Source of the DNA: a virus
Taxonomy: Duplodnaviria; Caudoviricetes
Reading direction: 5' to 3' (one strand)
IMG/VR virus record: IMGVR_UViG_3300032123_000052
Coordinates: 32,001 to 96,000 of that record
Length of the DNA stretch: 64,000 nucleotides
Shown here: positions 30,800 to 39,648 of the stretch, one piece after another
Position numbering within the stretch: the stretch's first letter is position 1
How the letters are laid out: each line of letters starts with the position of its first letter
Program-made: the position numbers and the translations under genes
The notes under the pieces: generated by a model
Told to the model about the DNA's origin: nothing
The model's input: the letters and a program-made list of their open reading frames with translations, nothing else
Databases searched by the model: none

Positions 30800-31277
30800 T
30801 AATTATTTCCCTCGCTCCTTTTTTTTCTTGTATTTCGGGCATTTTATCAAGTATTGCCTGTATTCTTTTTGTCAAACTAATGTAATATTCGGCATCTTCT
30901 ATTTGGTTGGGATTGTCTTTTATCATCTTCATAACGCCGGCAAGCATAATGACAAAATCCAATTTAAGAAGATCCGTATTAACAATAGTGATATCGTTTC
31001 TTACTGAGAGGCCAAATCCAGTTTTAATAGAACTCTCTAAATCTTCAACCCTCTTTTTGTAATAAGCTTTTTTGCTAGTTATTGCTTCGAGCATGCCAAA
31101 TAGCGTGGATATGCTTAAAGACTTTTGTTCGTTTGATTCGGTCAGTTCATTTACAGTATGTATATACTGTCTTTTCACATCCCAATTTTGAACATATTGT
31201 ACGATGCAATAAACAACACAGATTAATACAATAATGATTCCAATAGCACCTCCAGGGATATACAATAAAACCTCCAC
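30789..31277 (-). CDS. Membrane-anchored coiled-coil protein
   Basis: N-terminal hydrophobic helix GAIGIIIVLICVVYCIV; GGAGG RBS. Confidence 0.6.
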   Translation of the reverse strand: MEVLLYIPGGAIGIIIVLICVVYCIVQYVQNWDVKRQYIHTVNELTESNEQKSLSISTLFGMLEAITSKKAYYKKRVEDLESSIKTGFGLSVRNDITIVNTDLLKLDFVIMLAGVMKMIKDNPNQIEDAEYYISLTKRIQAILDKMPEIQEKKGAREIINGI

Positions 31278-31360
31278 TAGTTAATGTGATTTGAAGTTTT
31301 CATAAGAAGAAAAAGGTGACAAAGTATCACCCCATTAATCTTATATATCAAATCTTGTTT

Positions 31361-31391
31361 AAAAAAAGGCAGAGGCGCGTTAACACCTCCC
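31361..31391 (-). terminator. Intrinsic terminator closing the ncRNA array
   Basis: GAGGTG-TTAACG-CGCCTC then TGCC and T7 on the - strand. Confidence 0.55.
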
Positions 31392-31395
31392 AAAT

Positions 31396-31586
31396 TAACG
31401 CAACTAAATTGAACATTCTTCCAACACCCTTGCCAAGCCGAGCAGCCGAGGAAATTTTGAGAACGGCCCTGAAGTCGAGCGCAGCAAATAGCAAGCGAGC
31501 GTAATGGGCCTGAACAAAGTTTCTGTGGCTGCCCGGCTCACCTAATTAGGCCGGGGCGAAACACCCCGTTTAAGCAACTTGCGTTA
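31396..31586 (-). ncRNA. Retron msr/msd-like unit A
   Basis: IR TAACGCAA (31586-31579) / 31403-31396 closed by G31578.G31404; triloop stem CGGGGTG-TTT-CGCCCCG (31568-31552); long hairpin 31442-31532. Confidence 0.65.
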
Positions 31587-31588
31587 TT

Positions 31589-31825
31589 TTATTGTAACTA
31601 TAAATATTGAAACAGAGCAACAATCCTGGCGGCGGGAGGCGTGCACCTAAACTCATCCTGCAACTTCAAATCATTCCACCGATCACCGGTGCAACCGGGG
31701 ATAGTTAGTCGATTTGGGGAGTTGCAGGGATGGGTTGTGGTGCACGCCTAGCTCCGCCGGATGTGATATCTGCGTATTTATAAATATTCATTTCCGATGA
31801 ATCATCGGACAAAGCCTTACAATAA
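31589..31825 (-). ncRNA. Retron msr/msd-like unit B
   Basis: IR TTATTGTAA (31825-31817) / 31597-31589 closed by G31816.G31598; stem TCCGATG-ATT-CATCGGA (31809-31793); long hairpin 31623-31762, extendable to 31599-31782. Confidence 0.7.
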
Positions 31826-31860
31826 TAGCGAGAGGGCAGTGCCACTGCCAATCCCGCTCA

Positions 31861-32071
31861 AAAGCATGACTAAAAATAGATCATCACTAGGAGTTAGTTG
31901 AGGTCAAGGAATTCCTGGATCTGAACCATCCGATGATGGACTAGCGAAGCTTAAGGCCCTCCTCGGATAGTTCAGATACAGGAATTCCGTATCGGACTAA
32001 CTCCAGGGGGTGCTCAGCTTTGGTGGTCAGCATACCCTGACGAAACATCAGGTGTAAAGCTCTCATGCCTT
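31861..32071 (-). ncRNA. Retron msr/msd-like unit C
   Basis: IR AAGGCATGA (32071-32063) / TCATGCTTT (31869-31861) closed by G32062.G31870; stem CCTGATG-TTT-CGTCAGG (32052-32036); long hairpin 31890-32004. Confidence 0.7.
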
Positions 32072-32080
32072 ATTTCACAT

Positions 32081-32404
32081 ATTAAAGTACAACTAAAGAT
32101 AGAAAATTATGAGTGATTTAGATCCGGATCGCCCAATTCCCGGAAAAGAGCGTAAGCGCCTTTCTGGGAGATGGGTCGACCGGATCTAAATCATGTAAGA
32201 ATTTTTATAGCCAAGCATACCAGTGTCGTCACACTCGGACAAAATGACCCACAAGCTGTCAAGCCTGGCGTACGCGTCAGGCGGAGCCAGGCTTGCGTCT
32301 TGTGGGTAAATGGTGTCCGAATGTGACTACACGGTATTGGCGTGGCGTCAATATAAATCTTTTTCGCACCGACGAAACGTCGGTATTCATCTTGTACTTT
32401 TAAT
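32081..32404 (-). ncRNA. Retron msr/msd-like unit D with two long hairpins
   Basis: IR ATTAAAAGTACAA (32404-32392) / TTGTACTTTAAT (32092-32081) closed by G32391.G32093; stem ACCGACG-TTT-CGTCGGT (32384-32368); hairpins 32217-32337 and 32114-32193. Confidence 0.7.
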
Positions 32405-33473
32405 CTTTTTGGCCACTATCAAGCAGCGTTTCAGCCACTTCTTTTTTTATGTCATCAAGAGTTGTCTCTTTGGAATCTGATTTATCTGCATCAGCACCGA
32501 AATTAACAGCTATGTCTTTTTGGTCTTCAATGACTAATGGCATTGACTCTTCATATGTGTCGTCATTAACAGTAGTTTCTAATAATGCATTTCCAGCCAT
32601 TTCCAACAATGACAAGCTTTCATTCGAGCCTTTTATTTTCGCTTGCTCTGATTTCATTGCCAACCCTCTTTTGATTGGTTCCATAATTTCGTCTTCAAAC
32701 GATTTTGTTGATAGCAGCTCTGAGATGAATATATCTCTGCCGCCTGATTTCATTTTCTTATGAACCAAGTATATCTTGATTCCGAAAAATCCATCAAATT
32801 TTAGGCTTTTGCCAGCCTCTCTTTCTTTAATAGCGTGTGCTACATTTAATAAATTCCAATACTTCGCAAGTGAAGACTCTATGCCAATTATTGTATTAAT
32901 GGACCGTGTCTCGAACCGGTATGGGTTTGGAGCAAGATCGACAACCGGGAAGCATTTTAGCATTCCTAGAGGCTTGCATTTTTTAGATATGAAATCTGGG
33001 CACTTCTCATGTGTGCACCCTTTCTGTCCATCAAATAGCCGATCAATCCATAAACGATCACCGTCTGGTGAAAATGTTAATTGTCGCGCATTTGTGCCTT
33101 GGCCATGACTTTTACACATTAATCCTTCTGATGTTGAAAACATGGCAAGGCAACTATCCCACATTTCTTCTGGAGTTTTATAAAAGCTCACTAGTTCGAT
33201 GCGACGCGGCATTTTGTTATTTAAAGTTTTTTCTAACTTCTTTTGGATAGGTTCGTTTAAAATCCACCTTTTAATGACAACTTGTGTTTCTGTTGCTCCC
33301 GTACGAGTTGTCTCTGTAATTTCCTTTAACATTCTAAAGAAACCAGCAGCTATAGGGTAATTCTTTTTGTTAGGGCCTTCTCCGGGCGCATAACCTGCAG
33401 AAATTTTACCCCTGAATTTTTCAACCATATTGAGAACCCCATCTTGATTATGGGTCAATCCTTTAATCAACAT
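32400..33473 (-). CDS. Recombination directionality factor (Gp3)-like protein
   Basis: IKGL...GKISAG...PRRIELV...C...C...CP....CKPLGML...YRFETRSINTI matches my recollection of the Gp3/RDF-like family pattern; acidic C-terminus. Confidence 0.55.
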   Translation of the reverse strand: MLIKGLTHNQDGVLNMVEKFRGKISAGYAPGEGPNKKNYPIAAGFFRMLKEITETTRTGATETQVVIKRWILNEPIQKKLEKTLNNKMPRRIELVSFYKTPEEMWDSCLAMFSTSEGLMCKSHGQGTNARQLTFSPDGDRLWIDRLFDGQKGCTHEKCPDFISKKCKPLGMLKCFPVVDLAPNPYRFETRSINTIIGIESSLAKYWNLLNVAHAIKEREAGKSLKFDGFFGIKIYLVHKKMKSGGRDIFISELLSTKSFEDEIMEPIKRGLAMKSEQAKIKGSNESLSLLEMAGNALLETTVNDDTYEESMPLVIEDQKDIAVNFGADADKSDSKETTLDDIKKEVAETLLDSGQKD

Positions 33474-33484
33474 GTCCTCCTTAA

Positions 33485-34288
33485 TTAAAAATCTTCTGTT
33501 TGGCTTTGCGGCTTGGTGGCCACATCGCCATTTTCCTGATTGTCAGCGCCAGCTTCGATAACATCATCTTCCGGTTGAATTGTATCATCGCTCATGGCAG
33601 CGTCGGCAATGTTCTCCGCGTCACCATCTGATATAACCGTTCCATCGGGCCGTTGTCCTCCACTTGCAATTTCTTTCAATTGCTTCGGCTGGTTGGTTAC
33701 CGACTTGTCGGTCGGGCTGGCAGGAAAGATTGAATTGACTCTAAGAGATTCCCTGTTGTTATAGTAATCGTCAACAACCTCGACCATTACTTCGGATTTA
33801 AGGTTATGATCCTTCTTGAGTTTATAAGAATCGTCCTCTTTTTCGAATACCGGCAGGCAGTTTTCTATCAGCCACTCAGCTGTTGCTTTGATATCATCTT
33901 TACCATACAAGGCGACAAGCTGAGGTTTTGATATCCTCGCTATAGCTTCAACCGTTTCCGGTTTTGCCCCGGGCGCAGGTGCCAGTGTTATGTTGTGGAA
34001 CATTGATGCCCCTTTTGGAACAAGCTGAGTTCCATCAACGACCCTTAATGAGACAGTAAGCATGAGAGCTTTCTTTTTTGAACTCTCATACATGTTAGGA
34101 AATGATTTGAATTCATTGTCCTTTTGATAGCCAAATGTCGCAACCTTCATACGGTAACGGCCTGAAATTGCTAAATCAACTCTCTGCTGAGAATCAGCTT
34201 TACTGAAACTATCTTCAACAGCGTTTGCACCTTCTTTACCGTGCTTATTAAAGAATTCAAGCACATTCTTCTGACCAGAATCGTCCAT
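33485..34288 (-). CDS. Putative single-stranded DNA-binding protein (OB-fold-like, acidic tail)
   Basis: SGRYRMKV...MLTVSLRVVDG...GASMFHNITL; very acidic tail ending EDF; replication context. Confidence 0.6.
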   Translation of the reverse strand: MDDSGQKNVLEFFNKHGKEGANAVEDSFSKADSQQRVDLAISGRYRMKVATFGYQKDNEFKSFPNMYESSKKKALMLTVSLRVVDGTQLVPKGASMFHNITLAPAPGAKPETVEAIARISKPQLVALYGKDDIKATAEWLIENCLPVFEKEDDSYKLKKDHNLKSEVMVEVVDDYYNNRESLRVNSIFPASPTDKSVTNQPKQLKEIASGGQRPDGTVISDGDAENIADAAMSDDTIQPEDDVIEAGADNQENGDVATKPQSQTEDF

Positions 34289-34320
34289 TAATTCCTCCGA
34301 AAAAGAAATTTAACCACTAC

Positions 34321-34335
34321 ATTATAGTTATTACA
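34321..34335 (-). promoter_or_regulatory. Putative promoter TGTAATAACTATAAT upstream of SSB-RDF-ncRNA array
   Basis: Contains TATAAT; the 13-mer TGTAATAACTATA is identical to 59748-59736. Confidence 0.5.
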
Positions 34336-34355
34336 AAAATAGATTATTAATCACA

Positions 34356-35057
34356 TTAAAATGGAAGGTCATCCTCCATTAACCAGTCTTCGTTACTCAT
34401 TTGTACCGGGTCGCTTTCGACATCATCATATTTGGCGATTTCCCCTTTTACATCTTCTTTTTTTACAATAATACCATCGAGGTATATAATATTAATTGGG
34501 TCAAGAACCCTTTTGTTATGATCTCTGCGCCACATTCCATATTGTATTTTTATCAGATCCATTTCGAGAACAATCTGCACTGGATCAAAAATACTAAATT
34601 TATCAAGCAAATCCTGTGGAACTGGATCTGGGTGGAGCTGTTGATACACCTCTTTGTCTGTCGGCATCAGTTTTTTTATCATAAATCTCTGAAGCCAATC
34701 TCCCCTTTTATTTGCATTTATATCAAATATGGAATGGTTGCACATAAAGGCTTTTAGCCCAAGTGTTTTGTCGATCATTATATCAAGTATTTTTTCTATG
34801 TTACTTTCTATTTTATAAAATGAAATTAAAAAAATACTATACTGCGCTTTAAGGTCATCAGCCTTAACGCATAATTTTTTTCTCAAGAAAAAACCTAAAG
34901 CTTCTTCTACCCTTTTGGCCTCCCAGGTTCCCCAATCAATATCATCCTGTCTGTTGATTCGGTTTGCTATTTTGGATATGCTTCCGGACGCCCTCAAGCA
35001 TTTGAGCGTCTGATTCATTCCCTGGATTTTCGAGTACATCTGAAAGTTTTCTGTCAT
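34356..35057 (-). CDS. Hypothetical protein with SSB-like C-terminal DDLPF tail
   Basis: GAGG RBS before ATG 35057; overlaps the end of the primase-helicase; ends WLMEDDLPF. Confidence 0.6.
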   Translation of the reverse strand: MTENFQMYSKIQGMNQTLKCLRASGSISKIANRINRQDDIDWGTWEAKRVEEALGFFLRKKLCVKADDLKAQYSIFLISFYKIESNIEKILDIMIDKTLGLKAFMCNHSIFDINANKRGDWLQRFMIKKLMPTDKEVYQQLHPDPVPQDLLDKFSIFDPVQIVLEMDLIKIQYGMWRRDHNKRVLDPINIIYLDGIIVKKEDVKGEIAKYDDVESDPVQMSNEDWLMEDDLPF

Positions 35058-38000
35058 TACTTGCCTCTATCATATCTTTTAGCCATTCGTTGAATGCGGC
35101 AGTTTTCCTATACAGGCTTTTAACCCTGATAAGGCATTTTCTTGCCACCAATGTATTTATTAATTTTGGAAGTCCATGGTTAATAGAGACTCTTGTTGTT
35201 CTCATCCTGTCGCTTCTGGCATCTACCATGGCAAGCTGACCTTCCCACACACGTTGTAGATAATCTGCGAATATTTGTTGAATAGTTTTATCTGAAAATT
35301 CATCTTCAAGAAGCAAAGAGCTTGGCTCTATGTACTTGATAATATTTTCCATAAATTCCATGTTGCCAAGTTTTTCTTGGCTCCGTTGTTGCTTTGAGTA
35401 TATATCCAATCCCATATTTCTATGACAATACAGGCGAATTAAAAGATTTACGATAAAATCAACATGTTTTTTTGTAACATATACTTTTTCCCAATCATCC
35501 TCTACGGTTGAATAACACATTACCGCAAGTGATTTTGCCATTCTTGCAACCTTTAATCTGGTTTCCTGGTTGATAAGTTGGGTGCTTGAATGAAACATTG
35601 AAAGTAGTTTTTTTTGACCTTCATTAATATGGGTCTCTATTCCATTTTCATATTCATATTGATTGGCTTTTCTTGACTTCCCCCACATCAACAAATATCT
35701 ACATTGAAAAGAAGTGAATTCGGTTGTCGGCTGCCTATAGCTATCTTCTAATTTTTCAGCATCAACATCATCGGCCTTTACTATCCATGCAATGTCGAAG
35801 CGAGACAATATTTCATCTTTAAGGCACAGGTTTTTAAGAAAACTCATACCGCTTCCAAATGATGCCGCCTTATCACTTGTCCACGCCCTTGCGTTTGACA
35901 GCATTATTTTTGCTGTTCTTGCTGGTGCCTTCTTTTTTATATTAACCATAGATATATCAACAATACCGTCTGATCTTGACCCGGTTAAATCACTGAGCGT
36001 ATCTGGACTCACCATGTTTAGCTCATCAAATATAACACAACCACCATCATTCATAGGCAATTTGCCCCATGACACTGTGGGCTTTCCTCTTATAAATGCT
36101 ATACCGCCCATCAACCCTGGTCGGGTTACTGCGCTTGACCCAGAAATCATTTCACCATATTTATAATAATTCATCAAAAACCTACTGATGAGAGTTTTGC
36201 AACACCTAGTGTCTCCACCGATAAGAACTTCTACCCAGCCCCGTTTGAGATTTGGAAAAAGCTTTTTATTATCTATCTCTGCCGACGAAAAGAATGCAAG
36301 GTCATTTAGCAGAAACATATTTCGCCTTCCGGTAACACCAGCCGCATGAGCAAGCACATCGTACCGCCTGCCAAGACTCATTTCTATTGATTCTTCTGGC
36401 AGTGGTCTAAATATTTTTAACATATCATGAACCTCTTGGTCCATGGTAAAATTCTCAACTGAAGTTGCAATAGGCTCTGTTTTATAGATATATAAAACTG
36501 CGTGCTGCAATTGTGATGATGACGCCTGTACCCCAGTAAACCTGTAAGATTTGTTTACGTATATATCCATATCTCCAAGAATATACGCATCCATTTCTAT
36601 TGCAGTGCTTTCGGCAGACCCGTCAGTTACAACACCGTCGTATTCCGACACATCTCTTACCAACCTAACGCGCAATATCTTTTTAGGAGTTGTGGTTCTT
36701 ATTTTTGCCATCTGGCATGACGGATTTATCCCACACAACTGTTTAAGCACTTTTTCTTTTTGAGCCTTAGTGCACTCAATTAGACTTAACACCTCAGTCG
36801 CTGTAACACTCACACAGCCAGGGTATCCGATATATTCTTTAGGAATATCACCTCTTATGAGAAAAAAGTCTGTATAATCCTTTTCTCTGAATTCTGGTAT
36901 AATAGGAACTTTACATCTTTTGCACGCCCCGTATAGTTTGCAGCTTGGGTCGCCAGTCTGAGGGCAGCTTACAGAAAATTGATCAGGATATTGGTACGCG
37001 CTGTCATTAAATTCACCAACGGCGGCAACTACTTCAAGCTCCCGTGACTCGTCTGATGAATAATACTTAGTCATGCGGCTTTCCTGCAATGTGACTTTGT
37101 AGAGGGTTTTTTGTACCCTGTTAAGATTTTCAGTATATGCATCTGTGTTTTTAATTAATCCCAGAAATTTTTTTACCGCTTCTTCTCCGAATCCGTTTTT
37201 GTGCATGAAATCAGTGAAGTCTGTTTCATCTCGTTTCATTTTCTTCTTGCCTTTTGCATTGACAACTTCATGCTCCAGGGTCGGATCAATCCCGAACGGA
37301 TTGATTGAAGATTGGTCCAGGTTGATTATTTTAATCTGTTTCGCAAATGGATACAGCGATTTCGCCAGCTTCAGCGCTCCTGTTTTTCCAGTATCATCGG
37401 CGTCCAGGCAGATAACAATCTCCTTATCGGTGAAGAGCTGCTTTGCCCTTTCCCGACCAAACACCTTTACTACATCAGTATTTCGCTCTGCCCCCATGGT
37501 TACAGCATTCTTGAAACCAAAACCGATGGCACAGTATGTATCCGGTTCTCCGCCGAAGAAGACGAGGGTGTTGTTGGTGAAATTAACCATCGGCGTAGGG
37601 CATATCTCCCGCCCTTTATGCCTGAACTGCCATTTGAAACGCCTATCCTTATTGAACGGGTCATACACCTTCATATTGAGAAGATCGCCGTCGGCGTTAA
37701 TGATTGGGAAGACGATCCTGCGCCGTTCATCGAGGCCGATACGGAGCGATTTAATCATGGCCTCATCTATTTTCCGGTTATCCTCCAGGTACTTCATTCG
37801 ATCTTCATCTTTCAGGAGTCGGTCAACACAATCATCCAACTCTTTCATTGGAATGGCTGCGGTATCCTTCGCCATAGCAACCAGCTCATCGCGGAGTACG
37901 TAGTTGCCCTGGCCCTTTTCTTTCCTTAACGCTTCGAGTTTAGCATAGAACTTTTTTAAATCCTCATAATACTCAAAACACTTAGGATCATCAAAACTTT

Positions 38001-38367
38001 CTGCGAAAGGAACGGCATAACTTGATTTAGTCATTTCGAGGAAATCAATTATGAAGTCATGGTAGTGGTCACCGTAATGGCCGCCTTTGATATAGTCAGT
38101 CCAGTAGGATTGGAAGTTGCCTTTGATGTCGCAGGTATGGCATCTCCATTGGCCGGTTCTTTCATTTAACGACAAAGAGGCGTGAGAGTCTACACCGCCG
38201 GTGTGGCCAGATTCATTCCAGCAGTGAAAATTCTTGTTACCGCCTTCCCTCCAGCCAAGGCGTTTGTACAAGTCGCGGTACTGACCTTCCATCAGCATGT
38301 CTGCTGAGGCAAATAATGTTTTTAATTGAGCTTTGCTTAGCTTGTACTTGGAAGGCAAATTTATCAA
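34942..38367 (-). CDS. Primase-helicase fusion: Zn finger + TOPRIM primase + MCM-type AAA+ helicase
   Basis: FHCW...H...WRCHTC; FGGEPDT, CLDADDTG (TOPRIM); GGDTRCCKT, GKLPMNDGGCVIFDELN, ILSRFD (MCM Walker B and R-finger). TTG start after AAGGAG. Confidence 0.85.
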   Translation of the reverse strand: MINLPSKYKLSKAQLKTLFASADMLMEGQYRDLYKRLGWREGGNKNFHCWNESGHTGGVDSHASLSLNERTGQWRCHTCDIKGNFQSYWTDYIKGGHYGDHYHDFIIDFLEMTKSSYAVPFAESFDDPKCFEYYEDLKKFYAKLEALRKEKGQGNYVLRDELVAMAKDTAAIPMKELDDCVDRLLKDEDRMKYLEDNRKIDEAMIKSLRIGLDERRRIVFPIINADGDLLNMKVYDPFNKDRRFKWQFRHKGREICPTPMVNFTNNTLVFFGGEPDTYCAIGFGFKNAVTMGAERNTDVVKVFGRERAKQLFTDKEIVICLDADDTGKTGALKLAKSLYPFAKQIKIINLDQSSINPFGIDPTLEHEVVNAKGKKKMKRDETDFTDFMHKNGFGEEAVKKFLGLIKNTDAYTENLNRVQKTLYKVTLQESRMTKYYSSDESRELEVVAAVGEFNDSAYQYPDQFSVSCPQTGDPSCKLYGACKRCKVPIIPEFREKDYTDFFLIRGDIPKEYIGYPGCVSVTATEVLSLIECTKAQKEKVLKQLCGINPSCQMAKIRTTTPKKILRVRLVRDVSEYDGVVTDGSAESTAIEMDAYILGDMDIYVNKSYRFTGVQASSSQLQHAVLYIYKTEPIATSVENFTMDQEVHDMLKIFRPLPEESIEMSLGRRYDVLAHAAGVTGRRNMFLLNDLAFFSSAEIDNKKLFPNLKRGWVEVLIGGDTRCCKTLISRFLMNYYKYGEMISGSSAVTRPGLMGGIAFIRGKPTVSWGKLPMNDGGCVIFDELNMVSPDTLSDLTGSRSDGIVDISMVNIKKKAPARTAKIMLSNARAWTSDKAASFGSGMSFLKNLCLKDEILSRFDIAWIVKADDVDAEKLEDSYRQPTTEFTSFQCRYLLMWGKSRKANQYEYENGIETHINEGQKKLLSMFHSSTQLINQETRLKVARMAKSLAVMCYSTVEDDWEKVYVTKKHVDFIVNLLIRLYCHRNMGLDIYSKQQRSQEKLGNMEFMENIIKYIEPSSLLLEDEFSDKTIQQIFADYLQRVWEGQLAMVDARSDRMRTTRVSINHGLPKLINTLVARKCLIRVKSLYRKTAAFNEWLKDMIEASNDRKLSDVLENPGNESDAQMLEGVRKHIQNSKPNQQTG

Positions 38368-38532
38368 CTCCTTGTTTTAAATAATGTTATTTTTTTATTG
38401 TGTAGGCAAATTATATATTATAATTAAGACTGGGGCTGCAGTCTGTTAAGGGTAAAAGTTCTTATAAAAGTCCATTATTTTAATTGATGGAAGCAGTCAC
38501 TTAGAAACTTTTTCCAAATACACAGTTTAAAT

Positions 38533-38579
38533 AAAAAAAAAGAAGCTCTAATCAGGGAAGATAAGAGCTTCTTTTTTTT
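38533..38579. terminator. Bidirectional-type intrinsic terminator
   Basis: A-tract, AAGAAGCTCT...AGAGCTTCTT, T-tract. Confidence 0.75.
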
Positions 38580-38583
38580 ATCG

Positions 38584-38871
38584 CTAGTCTTCGGGAGTGA
38601 TGTCGCTGAGGTTTGGCCCGGAATTGCCGTCAAGTGCCTCAGTTTCTTCATCACATTTCTTATCACCAACCCTTTGCTGCTTCATCATGGTTGGTTTAAC
38701 TTCAATGTTGCCACTTCGTTTTTTATCGACTACAAATGTGCCGATACATTGCTCTTTAATAAAAAAACCGACTTCGGAACGATTGCCAAAACCGGGCACC
38801 TCTCTGATGTCCAACTGTATTCCGTTGGACATTACATGTGAGTAGACAGCAGTACCAACTTGATTACTCAT
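38584..38871 (-). CDS. Hypothetical protein
   Basis: 95 aa, ends just before the terminator. Confidence 0.55.
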   Translation of the reverse strand: MSNQVGTAVYSHVMSNGIQLDIREVPGFGNRSEVGFFIKEQCIGTFVVDKKRSGNIEVKPTMMKQQRVGDKKCDEETEALDGNSGPNLSDITPED

Positions 38872-39108
38872 AAGCCACCCTTTTTTAGAGATTAAAAATT
38901 TAACGTACTAAACAAATTAAAGCGTGGAGACATGAATGTCAACACATAAATGTAGTGTTTAAATTTACATAGAGAGAAAAAAAATTTCTTCTCCAGACTA
39001 ATTTAAGCGCTTCGATATCTACCAATTGTACTTACGGTTGATGGTATCCACAAGGCGTTGTGGCACTATATATTGTGGCCCTTTATATAAATCATCCAAC
39101 TTAATATT

Positions 39109-39648
39109 TTACCCTTCTATTTCCAGCCCTAAGAGGCCCATATTTTTTATCATTTTTATTAACACCTCCGCATTCCCTACAGAATCGTCGACGGGATTAT
39201 GGGTATGCTTCGTTTCTCGCATCTTTTTGAACCCACGATTCTTCATATTCAATTTTATACCCCTGAAGATGTCCTGTAGATTTCTCGAGGTCCACCCAAA
39301 CGGATCTTTGCCGAGAAAATGCATGAAGTACCAGTGGGTGAACATGAAATCAAAACCGTTGTTATCGGAAAAGAACATCGGTCTGGTGTTCTCTTTATTA
39401 TTTTCATTTACCCATTCATTAAATAAGCACATTGCTTGGTCCGGGTTGTGATGGAAGTTTTTAGTCTCTTCTCTCGTTTTTCCAATTGATGACAGTGCTG
39501 ATAGATTAAATCTATCTGTCATTGGTTTTATATCGACATAAAAAGTATTATCAAGATTCTCTGTGAGCTTAACAGCACCAATTTCTATCATGCTGTAATC
39601 CCCGGGTATAGGGCCGTCTGTCTCGATATCAACCATAAAGGCACTCAT
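39109..39648 (-). CDS. DEDD 3'-5' exonuclease (second Rv2179c/RNase T-like copy)
   Basis: FMVDIETDGP...MIEIGAV...SDNNGFDFMF...HNPVDDS. Confidence 0.8.
   Translation of the reverse strand: MSAFMVDIETDGPIPGDYSMIEIGAVKLTENLDNTFYVDIKPMTDRFNLSALSSIGKTREETKNFHHNPDQAMCLFNEWVNENNKENTRPMFFSDNNGFDFMFTHWYFMHFLGKDPFGWTSRNLQDIFRGIKLNMKNRGFKKMRETKHTHNPVDDSVGNAEVLIKMIKNMGLLGLEIEG

Noticed and set aside
31316-31504. 62-aa + strand ORF
   Set aside because: Spans a terminator and ncRNA unit A; no coding signal beyond an open frame.
32030-32055. Hammerhead ribozyme (CTGACGA...GAAAC)
   Set aside because: CTGACGA and GAAAC overlap with no stem II between them; the segment is better explained as the triloop stem shared by all units.
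31392-32404. Integron attC cassette array
   Set aside because: Hairpin ends lack the RYYYAAC...GTTRRRY orientation, no ORF cassettes lie between hairpins, and no IntI is in the window.
31392-32404. CRISPR or other direct-repeat guide array
   Set aside because: No conserved direct repeat; conservation is structural only, and no cas genes are present (the Cas4-like domain is fused in a replication block).
31392-32404. Replication origin with cruciforms
   Set aside because: Not excluded, but there are no iterons, and the polarity, G.G-closed repeats and triloop shared with the RT-linked ncRNA fit a transcript-level function better.
37145-37929. Long + strand ORFs of 252 and 205 aa
   Set aside because: Antisense shadows of the primase-helicase in a locally GC-richer stretch; no RBS or recognisable motifs.
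38872-39108. ncRNA in the 240-nt gap
   Set aside because: Only one short perfect hairpin (CCACAA-GGCG-TTGTGG) and AT-rich promoter-like sequence; not enough support.
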